Source of the DNA: Raillietiella orientalis
Taxonomy: Eukaryota
Reading direction: 5' to 3'
DNA: 20,000 nucleotides
NCBI GenBank assembly: GCA_036172245.1
Contig: JAYWIR010000067.1
Coordinates: 486,831 to 506,830, forward strand
Part shown: positions 19,474-20,000 of the stretch, piece after piece
Layout: each line of letters starts with the position of its first letter
Position numbering within the stretch: the first letter of the stretch is position 1
The notes under the pieces: model-generated
Database searches by the model: none
The model's input: the letters and a program-made list of their open reading frames with translations, nothing else
What the model was told of the DNA's origin: nothing
Program-made: the position numbers and the translations under genes

Positions 19474-20000
19474 CGTGTTTTTCCTTCACTCCTCAAAGGG
19501 TAGTAGGAAAGCGCTTTCTTGTGTGTGGTGTTTAGTGTACATCGTCGGTGTCCAATGGCCACGACGCCAGAGGACACCGCGATGGAGGTGGGAGTGGGGG
19601 AGGCTAGTTCGCCCCCACAGCCTACTGGAGCAGGGGCAGCCGCCCCGGAATCATCCCCGGCCACGCCGAGGACATGGAGCGCCATGGTGGCCGCGCCCAG
19701 CGCAGAAGCCATAGCGGAGATGGCCGCATACAAGGCCTCCGGGTACAAGCCATCGCTTGTCTACCAGGTAGGCAACTTGTTTGACGGCCGGACAGCGCGC
19801 GCCTTCAGCAAAGCGTTGAAGGACGCGAACGTTACTGAGAAGAATCTGGACGGCCTCTCCGTCCTCAGCGGCGGGCAGCGGGTCGAGGTGGTCTGCAAAG
19901 ATGTCACCTTGGCTCACCGCCTAATCCATGCGCCGCTGAACGTAGACGGCCGAAAGATCCTGCCAGTATCAATGGACCGCTCCGTGGTGGTCCACATGAC
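19474..20000 (+). mobile_element. LINE element I: 81-nt 5' UTR plus ORF1 start, continues past the right window edge
   Basis: It begins CGTGTTTTT and is followed by an ORF1 homolog from a different subfamily. Confidence 0.9.
19555..20000 (+). CDS. ORF1 N-terminus (partial, not in the ORF track because it has no stop in the window)
   Basis: Manual translation MATTPEDTAMEVG...TWSAMVAAPSAEAIAEMAAYKASGYKPSLVYQVG...GLSVLSGGQRVEV...DRSVVVH aligns with ORF1 of fragments C and H. Confidence 0.92.
   Translation, partial: MATTPEDTAMEVGVGEASSPPQPTGAGAAAPESSPATPRTWSAMVAAPSAEAIAEMAAYKASGYKPSLVYQVGNLFDGRTARAFSKALKDANVTEKNLDGLSVLSGGQRVEVVCKDVTLAHRLIHAPLNVDGRKILPVSMDRSVVVHM

Noticed and set aside
18090..19535. 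481-aa ORF as a full-length ORF1
   Set aside because: The start is a GTG in the UTR, and the last 20 or so codons are read-through into the 5' UTR of element I.

Overview
This is eukaryotic, GC-rich DNA with two dense clusters of non-LTR retrotransposon pieces (about 1-6990 and 13405-20000) flanking about 6.4 kb of unassigned sequence. The elements are L1/Tx1-like LINEs: ORF1 has two CCHC knuckles, and ORF2 has an AP endonuclease, a YADD reverse transcriptase and a C-terminal Cys/His finger. No copy is complete within the window, and most carry stops, frameshifts or truncations. The main observation is architectural. Four times, a 3'-side ORF2 fragment is joined head-to-head to an inverted 5'-side fragment, as in twin priming. 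Two of these units have their tails inside the inverted part of the neighbouring unit, and all 3' ends point toward the central block. The copies also share an 80-81 nt 5' UTR starting CGTGTTTT and a 3'-terminal ATAAACG + CCCGG hairpin. Their endonuclease keeps the catalytic residues but appears to lack the target-selecting beta-hairpin loop. The central block holds a near-perfect 40-bp TGACGC palindrome, a 12-bp hairpin, a (TCAGC)5 repeat and a few ORFs I cannot identify. All alignments and identities were done by eye and junction coordinates are approximate.
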